DNA of 64,000 nt from Sarea resinae (GCA_026026165.1 JAPEUD010000045.1:1-64000), one strand, 5' to 3'; shown: positions 1-13,273, counted from the stretch's first letter. Translations and numbers: made by a program. Notes: generated by a model from the letters alone, not told the origin.

Positions 1-1278
1 CTGTGCGCTGGCGACGCCATCGAGCGCGTTCAGCAGGCCGGAGAAGGTGACGTTGGCGCCGCGGTAGCCGTCTTCGTCGGACTGGACGCGGCGGTTGGAG
101 AAGGCGGCGTCGATGTCTTCGAGGAGCACGATCGTCTTGGGCGGAACGATTGTAAGGAGATGGTTTAGACGGTCGTCGGTGAGTCCGCGCTCGCTGAGGT
201 TGATCAGCGCGATGTTGTAGTCTAGTTCCCCTGCGAGCGCCTGGATAAAGGACGATTTGCCCGTCCCGGGAGGCCCGTGTAGGAGGTAGCCTCGGCGGTA
301 TGGGATACCGCGGTCGTAGTACCACTGTGCAGAGCCCATGAAGTCCTTGACGTCCGCGACGACGCGGTCTTTGATGCCCTTGTCGAGGATGACGGAGCCG
401 AGGGGTCTCTTTGGCCGCGGGTTGCCGAAGGGTTTCCATTCGGTGCCCCAAGCAGAATATATAACCGTCTTGCCCTCCTGAAGCTGCATGGCAAGCTGGT
501 GGGCCTCGGTGAAGAGCTCCTCAAAGATGTGGCGGTCGCGGTAGAGGGTGGTGAGAGTCACGGTTTCCCAGGGGGAACCGGACTCGAGCGTGAACGATTT
601 CGTATCCCGCGCGCGGTCGACGGCGAGAAATGTGTTCTTGTAGCGGAGGACATGCTTGCCGGGTCCCGGGATGAGGAAGAAGCGCGTATGGAGGGAGCCA
701 TTGGGACGAGTGACATTCTGTGTTTTCATGGAGAGATGGTGGAGGCCGGGGGTGAAGCGGCGGATGAGGGATGCGATGACGCCCGGGGGCGCAGAGGGCG
801 TCGTATTGTTTGCGGCGGCGGCGGCACGTTCAGAGGCTAGGACGGCGGTGTTGGAGAGTTGGGCTCGCTGATATTGTGACATCCAGTGGAGGAACCACTC
901 GTAGGCGGCATCGTTGCGGCTGATCTCGACGTCGACGAGTAGCCGGCGACGCAGGAGACTTGCGCCGCGGCGAACACCACGCTGGCCAATGGCCACAAAT
1001 GCACCCACGCCGGCAAGACCGAAACCCTAGGTAGTACTCATCAGCACAGTATTGAATTTCCATTCAGATCCAAGACGTACAGCGGTGAAGAAGGGATTCT
1101 CTTTCAATTGCGAGAGAATGCCTCCTCCTGCTCCTCCGCCGGACTGGCCGGCGCCCATCTGCTGCAGCATCGTCTGTCTCGGCGAAGCGGCGCCATTGTT
1201 GAAGGTTTGAGGAGGAACAGAAGACGGAGGCCGTATAGTCTCAGAATGAGCTATAGGTGGAGGGATAGTCTGGTCCAT
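1..1278 (-). CDS. BCS1: Mitochondrial AAA chaperone BCS1 (complex III Rieske protein assembly); 3' end outside window
   Basis: Exon 1 1278-1081 (...LKENPFFTA), GTACGT..CTAG intron 1080-1027, then GFGLAGVG...LLRRRLLVDVEI; Walker A GIPYRRGYLLHGPPGTGKSS, Walker B VLLEDIDAAF, VTFSGLLNALDGVAS at the window edge. Confidence 0.95.
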
Positions 1279-1803
1279 GCCAGGTCGACTTGATCACCGA
1301 ACCATTCTCTTTCGTGGTGATGATTATTTTGTTGGACCTCGATCTTTCGTCTTGTGTCTCTGTCGCACGTCTGATCTCGAAATCTTCCGGCGACGGACTG
1401 ACGTAGTTACGCCGCTAACCCAAAATGGCAATATCAAAAGATCCGTGATTGTCAAAACTCCACCACTCCAAGAAGAGCAAAAATGGGTTTGGAGATCGAA
1501 ATGAGAACCACGTTATACCTGAAGAGCTTGGTGTTCAATCTTCCAAGACAGGTTATCATCGATCTAGACATCTAATTGAATCCAGGACTCGTTCATCACC
1601 ACGCCGCTCGGTTGCATCTGATCTGCGTGCCCTGACAACGAAATCTCCCCATAAGCCGAAATGGACACGAATGCACCATGAGAATGGTCCACCAGTACTG
1701 GTAGCGGTCTTCTCCCTGACATGAAAACGCAGTCAAGGTGCCTGATGAAGCCGGCATCGTCTCCGCAATATCTGAATATCATCACACCAACTCACCCGCA
1801 GCA

Positions 1804-2693
1804 ATGACCTCCGCAGCTGCAGCAATGTCCTCCTCCGCGGCACCATCACAACCGCGCCCTCGTTCCCTAAAGGACAGAGGTGCGTCCATCATTTCGTGCA
1901 CGCCACTATTACAAGAGCCTCTCGTCCCAAAAGCAAGCATGCTAACAGCAAGGGGCAGGACAGGCCGCCTCGAACAGCTAATCCTAATCCTTCTCTCCTG
2001 CATCTTTCTAGCCGCTTTTACGCTCCTCGATACGTGAGTCGATCCAGCTCGGATGCCACCAAAACCATCAGAGAGGCAAAAAAAGCTAAGCCCAAAACCC
2101 AACTTCCGGACCGTCCAATTTAGTCCTCGAAAAGCCACCTTCTGCCTAACAGCAACAACGCACTACACGCACAAGCGCTCGCTCGCGCGCAGCGTGGCCC
2201 TCGCCGCCTTTCCAACGATCGGCTACGGGTGCAGCTGTCCGCATGCCACCTCTACAGCATCCCCATCCCCATCCCCATCCCTATCCCTATCCCCAACGGC
2301 CTGGTTCCACGGCACGCGAACATACCTCTTCGGGGCCGAGCGCGCCACATGCACGCCCCACACCTGCCGCCTAACCAGCATCTCGAGCGTGCTGCTCGCC
2401 CTGACCGCGCGCCTCCTGCGCGTCATCTGGCACGGCGGCTTTCCGGTGCGGTTTACCTCGAGCCCGCCGCACGGCAGCAGGAGCTGGGACCTCGACTTCG
2501 CTCGGACGCCGCCGACGGTGGTCCTGGGCTTGTCGAGCGCGCCGTTGGCGATGCTCTTCGGCGGCGTCAGGGAGGCGGGTATGGTGCCCATCGCCTCTCG
2601 TTCGGATGCCAGCTTGTGCACCGTTTGGTGATAACGTTGGCGTGTTCGGCCTCCTCTGTTGAGGGCGTTGCGGAGACGGCAGTGAATGAATGA
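1804..2693 (+). CDS. Possible small spliced membrane protein (hypothetical; structure uncertain)
   Basis: Donors GTGCGT (1880) and GTGAGT (2034), CTAAC branch sites (~1942, ~2146, ~2371), hydrophobic segments LILILLSCIFLAAFTLL and ISSVLLALTARLLRVIW; no family recognised, 3' end unclear. Confidence 0.25.
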
Positions 2694-2730
2694 ACGAAGT
2701 CGGGATTGGTTCTGACTAGCGCAGATCAAT

Positions 2731-2732
<2 letters not shown>

Positions 2733-2763
<31 letters not shown>

Positions 2764-2781
2764 GGGGGGGGGGGGGGGGGG
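2733..2781 (+). repeat. Poly-G tract (G30-T-G18)
   Basis: Read directly from the sequence. Confidence 0.95.
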
Positions 2782-3223
2782 CTTAGCCAGCTTGGTGGCG
2801 GTTGAGGCAGCCATGCTCAGGCGCTTGATCATACTATTGGCGCCTGGGTGAAATTGTGGCGAACATGAGAACAAACATGTCATTTGGTCCTAGGCCCAGT
2901 CCTTAGAAGGCGGAGTAAGATGAGGCCCTTTCTAAATGCTCCTGGCAGATTTAGACCATCTCGATCAATCCTGGTTGATGAGAGGCCCAAATAAAGAGAT
3001 ACAACGTTCGATTTTTCTATCTAGCATTCCAAGATCGGTCTATGAGGTTAGGGTATTATTGTGGACCATCGTAGCCAAGGGAAAAGAAAAGGGGGCCGAA
3101 AGAGAAACCCAAGTCGAAGCCGTAGCTGCAACTACCCTATCCAATGCAAGCTCTATCCTAGGAAACAAAAAGGGAAATAGACCCATCCATGCATCCATCC
3201 ATAATATCCATAATATGCAAGAA

Positions 3224-5119
3224 TCAATATCCGCGATCACCGCAATCCAACAAGCTGCGACTAGCCACGAAGCTAAACCCACCAAATAAGTCGCCCTCGG
3301 CACCGGCGATGGCCATGCCGCCACTGGCATTGCCACCAGAGACCCCACGTCCACCACGGCCCTCCAAGGCCTCGGCAGCCATATCGATGCCGCTGCGCGC
3401 AACGACAGGCGACACGGCGAGATCGGTAAACTCGCGGCTGAAGTTCTCCGCGAGCTCGGGATCGGTGATGATGGGTCGAATCGGGGGCTCGAGCTCGCGT
3501 CTGCCGAGCGCCTTCCAGTCGATGCGTTTGAAGAAACGATGATTCTTGATCGTCTGCAGATCCTTGGGCATGTTGGCGCCGAGACGCTTAGTGGGTTCCT
3601 TGCGCAGCAGCCGCGTCAGGAGGTCCTTGGCGTCTGGTCCGAGGAAGTAAGGGAGGGCCAGTTTCTGCTTGACGATCTTCTCTTGCATCTTGGCGTGGTT
3701 GTTGGCGGTGAAGGGCGGGGCGCCCGTGAGCAGGTCGAAGCCCAGCGCGCCAAAGGACCACCAGTCTACTGCTGTGCCGTAGGGGAGGCCTTGGATGACT
3801 TCCGGAGCCATGTATTCGATGGTGCCGAGGATGGACTTGCAGTGGTTGTTATTATTCTGGTCGTCGTCGGACTCGACCGCCACCTTGCTGAGTCCAAAAT
3901 CCGTGAGCAGGAGATGGCCCTCAGAGTCCAAGAGGCAGTTCTCCGGCTTTAGATCGCGATAGACGACGCCCACGTTGTGATGGAGGTGCTCGAGTGCAAG
4001 AACCATCTCGGCCATGTAAAAGCATGCTACTTCTTCGGTGAACATGCGCTCCATTGCCAAATGGGTGAAAAGTTCGCCGCCTTCTGCGTATTCGAGGATA
4101 AGATACAACTTCTCGTGGTCTTGGAAAGCGTAGTACAGCTTCACGACGAAAGGATGACGGTTGACGCTCTCGAGGATTACGCGCTCGGTCTTGGTTTGCT
4201 CCACCAACTTCTTATGCACCGTCAAGGACGCCTTGCGGAATTGCTTCTGGGCGTACAATCTGCCGGTTTCCTTTTGCTTGACGAGGATAACGGTCCCGTA
4301 GGTGCCTTTGCCGAGACAGCTGAGCGGTTCAAAATCGTCGGCGCTCATTTTGCGTGCCAGAGATGTGCGATCGGGGGTAGCGGCGCGCTCGCCAATATCA
4401 GCGCTGACGAAATCATGCTCGAGAGGGATTTCGTAGCTAGTCATCTCGGCTGGATCGTGATCACTCATCGTCCTTGGCGTGCTGTTCGCACGGCTCGAGC
4501 TTGTGGACGACTTGGACGACTGTTTGGCATCCGAAGCAGCCTTTGACGATCTCTTCGACTCGTTCTCCAGATTGAGCGTGTCGAGCTGCAAAGCAAGGGC
4601 GCTGAGCCCACCACTTTGAGAATATGAAGTCATCGGTCGCAGATCTGGACTGTTGATTTCGCTGTCAATGCCGTTGAACCTCGAAGCCAGCTTCGGATTG
4701 CTCGTATTCGAATGGTCGGAATCATCGTCTCCAGAAGTCACCGGCGTAAAGCCTCGGACAGTATTCAGAGCCGGTGCGCCCATCTTCGCGGCCATCTTCA
4801 TTGCACGCTTCTTCTTCCTCCCAGCCTTTCCTCCAGCCTTTGGTGTTAGTGGCGTTTGCGCAAAATTACTCGTGGTCGTGGGCGCAATAGGTGCATCGAC
4901 TTGTTGAGCTGGGTTATCTGGTCGCGGCGAGCGCGAGTCCCCGCGCGTCAAATGCAAAGCCGGCTTCGTATTGACAGGACTTCCTCCAGCAAATCCAGGT
5001 GAAATCCAAGATTCGTCACGAGATGGGCTCCGCTGCCGCGAAGACTTGGGGGTCTTCACTGCGCCGTCTGCATCGGCAGGAGCCGAGAAGTGCTGGTCTG
5101 CTGAATCAAAGGCGAACAT
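3224..5119 (-). CDS. psk1: AGC-family Ser/Thr kinase, p70 S6 kinase-like (Psk1/Ypk3 type)
   Basis: GKGTYG, YAQK, YRDLKPEN, DFG, GTIEYMAPE; AGC C-tail with hydrophobic motif FGGFSFVA; first ATG at 5119 (MFAFDSAD); apparently intronless. Confidence 0.9.
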   Translation of the reverse strand: MFAFDSADQHFSAPADADGAVKTPKSSRQRSPSRDESWISPGFAGGSPVNTKPALHLTRGDSRSPRPDNPAQQVDAPIAPTTTSNFAQTPLTPKAGGKAGRKKKRAMKMAAKMGAPALNTVRGFTPVTSGDDDSDHSNTSNPKLASRFNGIDSEINSPDLRPMTSYSQSGGLSALALQLDTLNLENESKRSSKAASDAKQSSKSSTSSSRANSTPRTMSDHDPAEMTSYEIPLEHDFVSADIGERAATPDRTSLARKMSADDFEPLSCLGKGTYGTVILVKQKETGRLYAQKQFRKASLTVHKKLVEQTKTERVILESVNRHPFVVKLYYAFQDHEKLYLILEYAEGGELFTHLAMERMFTEEVACFYMAEMVLALEHLHHNVGVVYRDLKPENCLLDSEGHLLLTDFGLSKVAVESDDDQNNNNHCKSILGTIEYMAPEVIQGLPYGTAVDWWSFGALGFDLLTGAPPFTANNHAKMQEKIVKQKLALPYFLGPDAKDLLTRLLRKEPTKRLGANMPKDLQTIKNHRFFKRIDWKALGRRELEPPIRPIITDPELAENFSREFTDLAVSPVVARSGIDMAAEALEGRGGRGVSGGNASGGMAIAGAEGDLFGGFSFVASRSLLDCGDRGY

Positions 5120-6113
5120 GATCGCAAAGTGCAAAAGTATGACTAGGACCTAGGTCATACAAAGTAAAGATGTCCTGCGGACTAGGTCTGTCTCGCAGCG
5201 GATCAGTGACTCGGTTTCCAAGTGCCTTCACAACATCGGCGTCACTCACTGTAACTCTGTCTGGTCTCTTTTCTTCTTCACGAGTTTACCGTCCGCCCAT
5301 TCAGGACGGACCCGACACCGATAGCCAAAGCAGCGATGCAGAGCCTGCAGCTGCTTCGGATATTCTAGCACCCAACGTTGGAAGGACAAGAGCTGATGAC
5401 AGGTCGCAGTCGCTGAAAACCGGATAGGACAAAGAGACGGACGAGACTGAGAAGCGTGATCCCTCGGTGTAGCCCATGAATGATACTCGTCGGAGAATAC
5501 TGTGGGTGTGATATGCCGCCTCGATAGGAAGACGGGCAAAATGAACTGAAGTTCTGGTAAATGTGGTATTATGTGGCAGAGCTGGTGAATGGTTAATGAT
5601 GTGGAGTGACCGGTTTGGTTGTGTGGTTTGGAGGAAAAATAAAATCCGGAATTTGGAGGGAAGAAGCGGAGGACAGGACGAATGTTACGTATTGGACATG
5701 GGGCTGAACGGCCGGCTGAGCTGAATGCCCTCGGTTCCTCTCAGCGACAAACTAAACCAGATGCGGTCGACACGATGGTCACATCGTCACAACTGAAGAC
5801 ATGGGTTGTATCCTCCAACATTATCATCATTCCGTCATCTGAGAAGAATTTTGCTTTTCTATTTGCTCATCGTAGCTCGACTATATATATTACTAGAGAG
5901 AAAACCATCAATTAATCTATGCGCCTTGGTGCCCGTCGGTTTCCCACGGTCGACGCACGCATGCGAGAGAGGGAAAGAAGTGAAAGGAAAATCAAAGATA
6001 ATGTCCAGAGCTAGAGAGACTCGCAAGCAGCCGATGCGCAATGCAAAACCAAACAGCAAACACCTATCATACACAAACGTATCCATCCCATCGTTCCCAA
6101 TTAGACATTCCAA

Positions 6114-9100
6114 TCAGATCACGAGCATCCCAGCGAGACCCGCGAGAGCGAATCCAATCATGCCCTCAGGCCTCAATGCACCAGCTGCACCGGTAAAGGG
6201 AAGGATGGAACTCGTGGGGATGAGCGCACCCGTACCTGTCCGGCTGTATGTGCTGGCCAAGGTTGTAGGACCAGCAACTCCACTGAGCTGACCACCGGGG
6301 TTGACACTGACTGCAGCTGCTGTGCTGGTTGCACCTGCAGGAGCAGCTGTCGGGCTACCAGCAGCAAGGCCAATACTTGAGCTAGAGCCAGTGCCAGTGG
6401 TGAATTGGACTTGCGGTACCGTAATGGCAGTCGAAATGATCGAGGTGGTCGAAGATGAGGGGATGACCGAGCCAGAGCTTGGACCGGTTGTTTGTGTACA
6501 CGGAACAGTAACAGTTTGCACAATATTAATCGTCGTGACCGGAGCCGGTGTAGCAGCGGCGGAGCTGACTGGGGCGACACTAGATCCAATGGCAGCAGCG
6601 GTACTGGTTCCAGCAGGGGCCGAAGCCGGTGTCGATGGTGAAACGGGGCCGATGGTGATCGTAGTCGGGATGGCAGTGATGATGCCAGGGTTCGAGCTAA
6701 TCTGAGGAGCGCAGATACCAGCCAGGTAGGACAGGGCCGATGAGACCTCTTGTGAGTCCGCTCCCCACGATTGCACACAGTTGATGACGTTGGTCGTAAA
6801 GTTTGATTGTGAGCAGTAGCACGAGCTGTCTGAGTTGTCATTGCAGCCAGTCTGGAATATCCAGGTATTGAGACACTTGGGAAGGACGTCTGGGCAAGAT
6901 GGAGCTGGCGACGAAGATGCCGGAACAGTCGAAGACACCACGGAGCTGGCAGGTGAGGTGGCGACGGGAGAAACGCCTGATGGGCTTGAGCCTGCTGGAA
7001 CGGTGGCCGTAGATGTTGGCTTCTCGGTGCATCGGGTGCAGATGGTAGAAGTAGACGTGATGATGACGGTAGACACAGATTGGCTGGTCTGCACCGAAGT
7101 CACCGTGCCGGAAGTGACAGTGTTGGTCACTGGGCAAGTCGTCACCGAAGTCAAGACAACAACAGTCGTCAAGCTCTCAGATGGTCCAGGAGCAGTGGTA
7201 ACAGCGACTGGTGAAGAGCCTGCGGGTGTAGTGGCAACAGGAGAGACTGTTGAGAGGGTAGACGTAGAAGTAACGAGGACGGTAGACACAGATGAAGTGG
7301 TCTGCACAGATGTTACGGTGCCAGATGTGACGGTGTTGGTTACCGGGCATGTAGTGACCGAGGTCAGAACAACGACAGTCGTCAAGCTTTCAGACGGAGC
7401 GGTGGTCACAGCAACGGGAGACGAGCCTGCAGGAGTGGTGCCGACGGGAGATACACTCGATCCTGCTGCCGATGAAGAGGGCGACGAGCCAGCTGAGGTA
7501 CCCACAGGTGTCGAGGTGACAACAACAGTGCTCTTACCGGCAGGAGACGTGGCGGGAGACGTGGCGGGAGACGTGGCAGGAGATGTTGCAGGAGACGTTG
7601 CGGCCGATGAAACGGGCGAAGTCGCTGGAGATGTGGCTGCAGACGACGCTGGGGACGACGCCGGAGACGACGCCGGGGACGATGCGGGGGATGAGCCCGC
7701 AGACGAGCCTACAGACGAGCCAGGAGTGGTGCCTGCGGGAGTTGAGGTGGGCGACGTTGTGGCCGTGCTAGCAGAAGGAGATCCGGCCGGGGTAGATGTA
7801 ACAGTCTCGGTTGATCCGGAAGGCGTGGATGATGCTGAAGGGCTCGGAGAGCTTACACCGGCAGGTGTCGAAGATACCGGCAAAGATGAAGCCGAACCAG
7901 TAGCAGAGGTCTCCGCGGCTGTGACGGGGCAGATGGTCGTAGAAACGGCAATGACCGACGTAACGACAGTGGTGGAATGTGCTGGGCAGCTGGTGACAGT
8001 TGCGGCACAGCTAATGATAGTCGAGACCGAGGTGCTGTAAACAGTGGAAGTAGTCAACGATGGTGCTGTAGTGGCCGCAGCAGGAGTTGTAGAGCCAGAT
8101 GAGCCTGATGCGCCACTTGAGACTGGAGCTACAGAGCTGGGACCGGCGGGAGTGGTGGACTTCTTCGTAGAGGGCGAGCTTGGGCCAGCAGGAGTGGTTG
8201 ACTTCACTGAAGTGACCAAGGTCGTGCCAGAGCCAATTGCGGTGCTCCCAGATGCAGCAGGGACAGAAGACTTCGGGGTAGATTTGGGACCGCCTGGAAC
8301 ACTGGAAGCTGTGCCAGAGCCAACTGGCGCGCTTCCGGTCCCGACAGGGACAGAAGACTTCGGGGTAGACTTGGGGCCGCCCGGAACGCTAGAAGCTGAG
8401 CCAGAGCCAACTGCGGTGCTCCCGGATGCAACAGGCACAGAGGTCTCCGGGGTAGACTTGGGGCCGCCTGGCACACTGGATGCTGTGCCGGATGCAGCGG
8501 TAACGGGGCAGACAGTTGTAGAAAGGGCAATGGTAGAAGTGACCACGACGGGGCTTGTCCGAGCGGGGCAGTTTGGAACGGTAGCAGCACAGCTTGTGAT
8601 CGTGATCTCGGTAGTAGTGTAGACTGTCGAGGTAGTCCATCCAGCGGTGCCAGTGCCGGTATAGCCAATGGATGAGTTTCCACTGGCTGCAGCAGTAGGG
8701 GTAGTAAGAGAGAGAGCACCGCTTCCGCTGGCACCACCGCTCTCACCAGCACCACCTGAGCCACCCGCTCCTCCAGTAGCTGTTGCACCACCGCCGACAC
8801 TGTAGCCACCTGAGAGGCTGGCACCGCCGGCAGCACTGGCTCCGCCAGTAGCCGTGGCACCGCCGCCAACACTGTAACCACCGGAGAACCCAGCGCCAGC
8901 ACTTTGGGAGTAACCGCCACTGCCGCTGCCACTTCCACTTCCGCCAATGGAGAGGGAGCCGCTTCCACCGGAACCAGCTGAGCCCGTCGCGGCAGGGGAG
9001 CAGTCGAAGCCAATGCTGAATATACCGAGGGAGCAGCTAGCGGAAGCGGAACCGCTGATGGCAAACCCTACGGATTGAGCACCACCACATTGGGAATTGT

Positions 9101-9652
9101 AGACAGTAGAGCCGCTGGCAGAGCAGGGGCTGACATGCTTGCAGACGGAACCATCAGGCATGCCATAGTGGAACTCAATATCAGTGTCGACGTCAACAGA
9201 TACTTCCAAGGTTGTGATCGAGAACGAGTTATCCGACCCGCACGAGATCTTTGGGCCGCTGTCCGCATTGCTGCCCACGGATCCAGAAATGCACTTGTCC
9301 TATCCGAATATCAGTATCAAGTCTGTGTCCCTCAATCGTCAAAGCGTACCTGAGATCTTTTGTTCAGAGCATCACGCTTGCCAAATCCATTTTGGCACTG
9401 GAAGCCCGAGAAATCGAGGCCACCATAGGCACTGAAAGAGCCGGTGGCGAGTGCGCTCCAGTCGAAGCCTGATTTTTGTTCCGCATTGCACGTGTTGTTG
9501 GTGTTAGAAGGGCAAGAAAACGATCCAGCATTGGTCCAGCCCTATCGAGAGGTCAGCGGGGCATCAGTACGGATCATGGAGAGGTAGCGTACAGTAGCTG
9601 CGGCCTGCTGAATGGCTAGGCCAAGAGCAAAGAGAGAGATAGTAGTCCTCAT
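6114..9652 (-). CDS. MAD1: GPI-anchored Ser/Thr-rich adhesin with CFEM domain, MAD1-like
   Basis: Signal peptide MRTTISLFALGLAIQQAAAT; introns 9592-9542 and 9349-9300; MAD1-type N-domain (FSCPSNTNNTC..GFDWS..EFHYGMPDGSVCK..QCGGA); CFEM (CPDVLPKCLNTW..GCNDNSDSSCYC..NCVQSW..LAGIC); hydrophobic GPI-signal C-terminus. Confidence 0.85.
8250..8500 (-). repeat. Intragenic 87-nt (29-aa) tandem repeat, about 3 copies (SSVPGGPKSTPKSSVP...)
   Basis: GAYTTGGGRCCGCCYGG recurs at 8281, 8368 and 8455. Confidence 0.85.
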
Positions 9653-12600
9653 GTCGAAAAGCAATGAAATGCGTCGGCACTAGGCGTGCGAAGAGATACG
9701 AGGAAACTCGTGTATAACTTTTTGGGTCCCGGAGCAGAATGTATAGAATATCGACTTGTCTTTGGAAGATAGAAAAGAGAAGAGACGTTGAAGGAGAGCA
9801 AAGAAGCGAATGACTTTGGCTCTCTAATCCGGTCTGCTTGAGAGAGAAGGAAAGAGAGAAAGACGTGGAGAGATGAAAACGGAAATGGAAAGGTAAATGA
9901 AAATAGAGATGAAACTTGGAGAATGAAGCCCACGGCGGGGCGGCCATGATGTTTATACATCATGGCACCGAGGGGAGCCAGTCCATCAGTCCGTCAGTCC
10001 GTCAGTCCGTCAGTCAGTCAGTCGTCAGTCGGTCCGTCAACGAGGTGCAGGGCATGGACATCCTGGTTTGATCCGAATGGGCAAGATGGGTCTTGCCATG
10101 CATTGACGGTGCTCAGGAAGGATTCGAATTGGGAAGGCGAGAAACGATTTGTCGCGCGCCTTGGCCATGGAAGGATGTTCGTTGGACAGGGTGTCGAATC
10201 GGGCCTCCCCCGCAGCAGGTGTCTTCCTCCTGTCTGCAGCAGTCAATCCAATAACAGCGAAGACTCCCTGACCGTCTCTCCGTGTCTGGAGGCAGACGGA
10301 TGCTACAGAGGCTCCCACGCCCCGCCGTGCTCTACGCTGCTTCTTGGAACCTTACGATGCGGCCGCTGGTGGGCTGGTTCGAGGCAGAAGTGGAACCCCC
10401 CGGGCGTCTCGCGACGTCCAGGATGTGAGAATTGGAAACGGGGCCATGTCAGAGGTCGACCTCGGTATTGGACGAGCACGACATGGATGCCAATGGATGT
10501 GCAGGCGACACATTGTACACGTCCGTACAGCGTCAAGAGAGAGCGGCAAGCGGGTGGGCGTGGATGGGCGTGGATGGGCGTGGGTGCAGCGGAGCGAGGA
10601 CACGATGAAACTTGTGGGCATGGCTCTTCTCAAGCGAACGAATCCATTCGACTCTCCACGCCAGCCCGTCGAGCAGAGATGGAGCCGATGGAAGCCAATC
10701 GAGCCAATCGAGCAAATCGAGCAAATCATCCGCCGCCTAATGCAGGAACATCCAGATCCCAAACGGGCCCTGGCCCGCTGGTCTCCTGGGTCAGGGAGGG
10801 CCAGGGATGGCGAGGGATGGCCGGGGCACGATCCATCGCGATACGGATGCTAGTGGGTTTGAACACGCCCAAAGCGGAAGACTCTCGACACTTCGAGGCG
10901 GTACGAAGTACTATGTACGAAGGGCGAGGTGACTCTACCTTAGGACTACAGAGGTACCTCCACTATCAACCGTCCGGCGATTCGCGCAAGGGCTCCAAGT
11001 CGGGCCCGAAAGCGCCCTCCAGCTGGCCTCGGTCATCGTCGCACCAATAAACCCGGGAGGGAAAAAATAGATCAGTAGATGATATTGGCGCCCTGAAGGC
11101 CTTCCCTGATGGTCGATCCATCTCTCTCTCGTCCGCTACATCTAATTCGGGATACTAAGGTAGTGACTGCCAGACTGCCAGCCTGCAAGCCAGCCAGCCA
11201 CTTAGCCGGTGTGAAGTCGATACGAGCCAGGCCAGATTGACACCTCCTCGTTCCACACGTGCTGATCCATCATGTCGTGAATGTCAATAACGTTTATCCA
11301 CGTATCGACGTATCGACGTATCCGTACTCCCATCTGCACCATCGTCCATCGCCTGAGCGGCTTCGAGGAAAGTCGCCGAGAGAGCAATCTCTTTGAAACG
11401 CGCGTCAAGAACCTTGGAAGTCTTCAACGGCCCCCCCCCCCCCCCCAATCACCACGGCTGATTGTCCTCGGTCACCGCAAAAAGAACAGAGCTACGCAAC
11501 CTAGCCATTCAGAGACATCAACTACTCCGTACTCTGTGCCTCACCTACCTTTTGCTCTTCCTACCTTATTTGCCTACATTGGTAGCTTCTGTTAGATAGT
11601 GGCAATCAACTTTTCCTCTATCAATTCGTCTGACTTGATTCGCATTCCATCCTTGGGTGAGTAATGACCCCGCTGGAGCTTGCAAAGCGTATGCGCAGCG
11701 ATGGGAGACGGGAAGACCGGGCGGTTGTGTTCCTGCGTTCGCTCCGGCTATGGCTTGCTTGCCAGAGCTGCCCAGTGGTCAGTGCCGTCGTCTGTCTTGG
11801 TCGGGCAACGCTATCCGAGTCCGGTCCCTATTGGGAACGGGGGTCTCCAGTCATCCTACAGTACGGAGTACATACTAAGGTCGCATCGACATCGACTCTG
11901 GTCTGTCCATTTGATGCCATCCATGTACTTGTCCGTGTCCTTCCTCAATGGATCCATCTTCACACGGGCCTCAGGTCACCACGCGTACTCCGTACGCTAC
12001 CTCGTGGATTCGTAAGAATTAGCCTACCGAGTATGGTATACATGCTGGTGCATCTCGTGCTTGTTTGGTCGATCAGATCCTGGTCCGCCAAGGTTCATGC
12101 TGACTCTATTCTCGGCCATCTCTCTCCTGACGCCTTGACGACTCGTCGTTTCATGACCTCTATCTACCATCTTTGCGTCTTCTCGAACGAAGCTGCACGG
12201 TCCATTTTCTTCTGACCCGCGTTGGAGGGGCACGGCTCGAACCCTTGGGGCTGTGCAGTCCGTCCTTGAAATTACTCGTTCTCATCGTGGATGGGAAAGG
12301 TTCGTGGGAAGATGCAGTTCCTGAAACGGCAATGCTTCGGAGCACATGGCTGCTTTCAGATCGTCGAACACACACACTCCCTCTCTCTCCCCGAGGCCTA
12401 GGCTAGACCCTATATACTGCGATTGCAACCAAGGTATGATGCAGTGAGCTTCTCCTACTATAGTACTAGTCCCGATCGGATGAGACTACCTTACTGCATC
12501 GATTCTAGCACAGACATGGGGTTCATCTCCCTCGGTTCGAATGAGGTAAGAGGATTATCCACGGCACAGCAGAACAGAGCATCGTAGCACTTCGACCATG

Positions 12601-13273
12601 CAATGCCGCTCATGCCCAGGCACCATCCATATCGATGGCCAACCCTTTTTGGTGCTGCAGCTTAGAAGAGCCCTGTGCATATTACGAACTTTCTCTGTAG
12701 CATGCCACTGGGCTGCATTGGTGCAGCACCGGTGACAGAACGGGCTTCTTCTCCACCAGCCTCCTTGGGCGGCGCCGAACGGCTTGGTTTTACGCATTTA
12801 CGCATTTACGCATTTACGCGTGCTCTTGGCCGGTGTGCCGGAAAGGCGTCGGTGTTGTGTTTGATGCTTCGAGAACGTGGCTAGACGGAACTTCCCTTCA
12901 CGAGCATTGGATGGGACAATAACCACGCATCTGGGATCAATACTCTTTACCTACGGAGCACTCCGTACGGATGCAGGGGAGCTTCTCTTTGATAGGTTAG
13001 CTGCTCGAATCCATTCTCCCATTGCAGTCGACTGCAGGGTTACACCATCAATGCCTACGGCAGTGCTCGTAGAGAACTCTCAGTTGTGCTTCTTCAGTCA
13101 TCATCACGAGGCAGATGGCGTCGGCCAACAAGATATTCACGTCGCGCTTCACGACATGAACGTTGTGGCACTGGAGGAGAAGAATCATCAAAATTTGGCT
13201 GTCTCGCAAGGCAGACTGAACGGTCTGAAAGATTGCGGGCGGAGTATGCGGCTTCTGGAAAGAAGATGGCATG

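Noticed and set aside
6835..8622. Long plus-strand ORFs (401 and 192 aa)
   Set aside because: Antisense shadows of the repetitive adhesin codons; no independent motifs
9962..11050. 362-aa plus-strand ORF
   Set aside because: Built partly from simple repeats (SVRQSVSP, ANRANRAN), no domain or codon bias; lies in the adhesin upstream region
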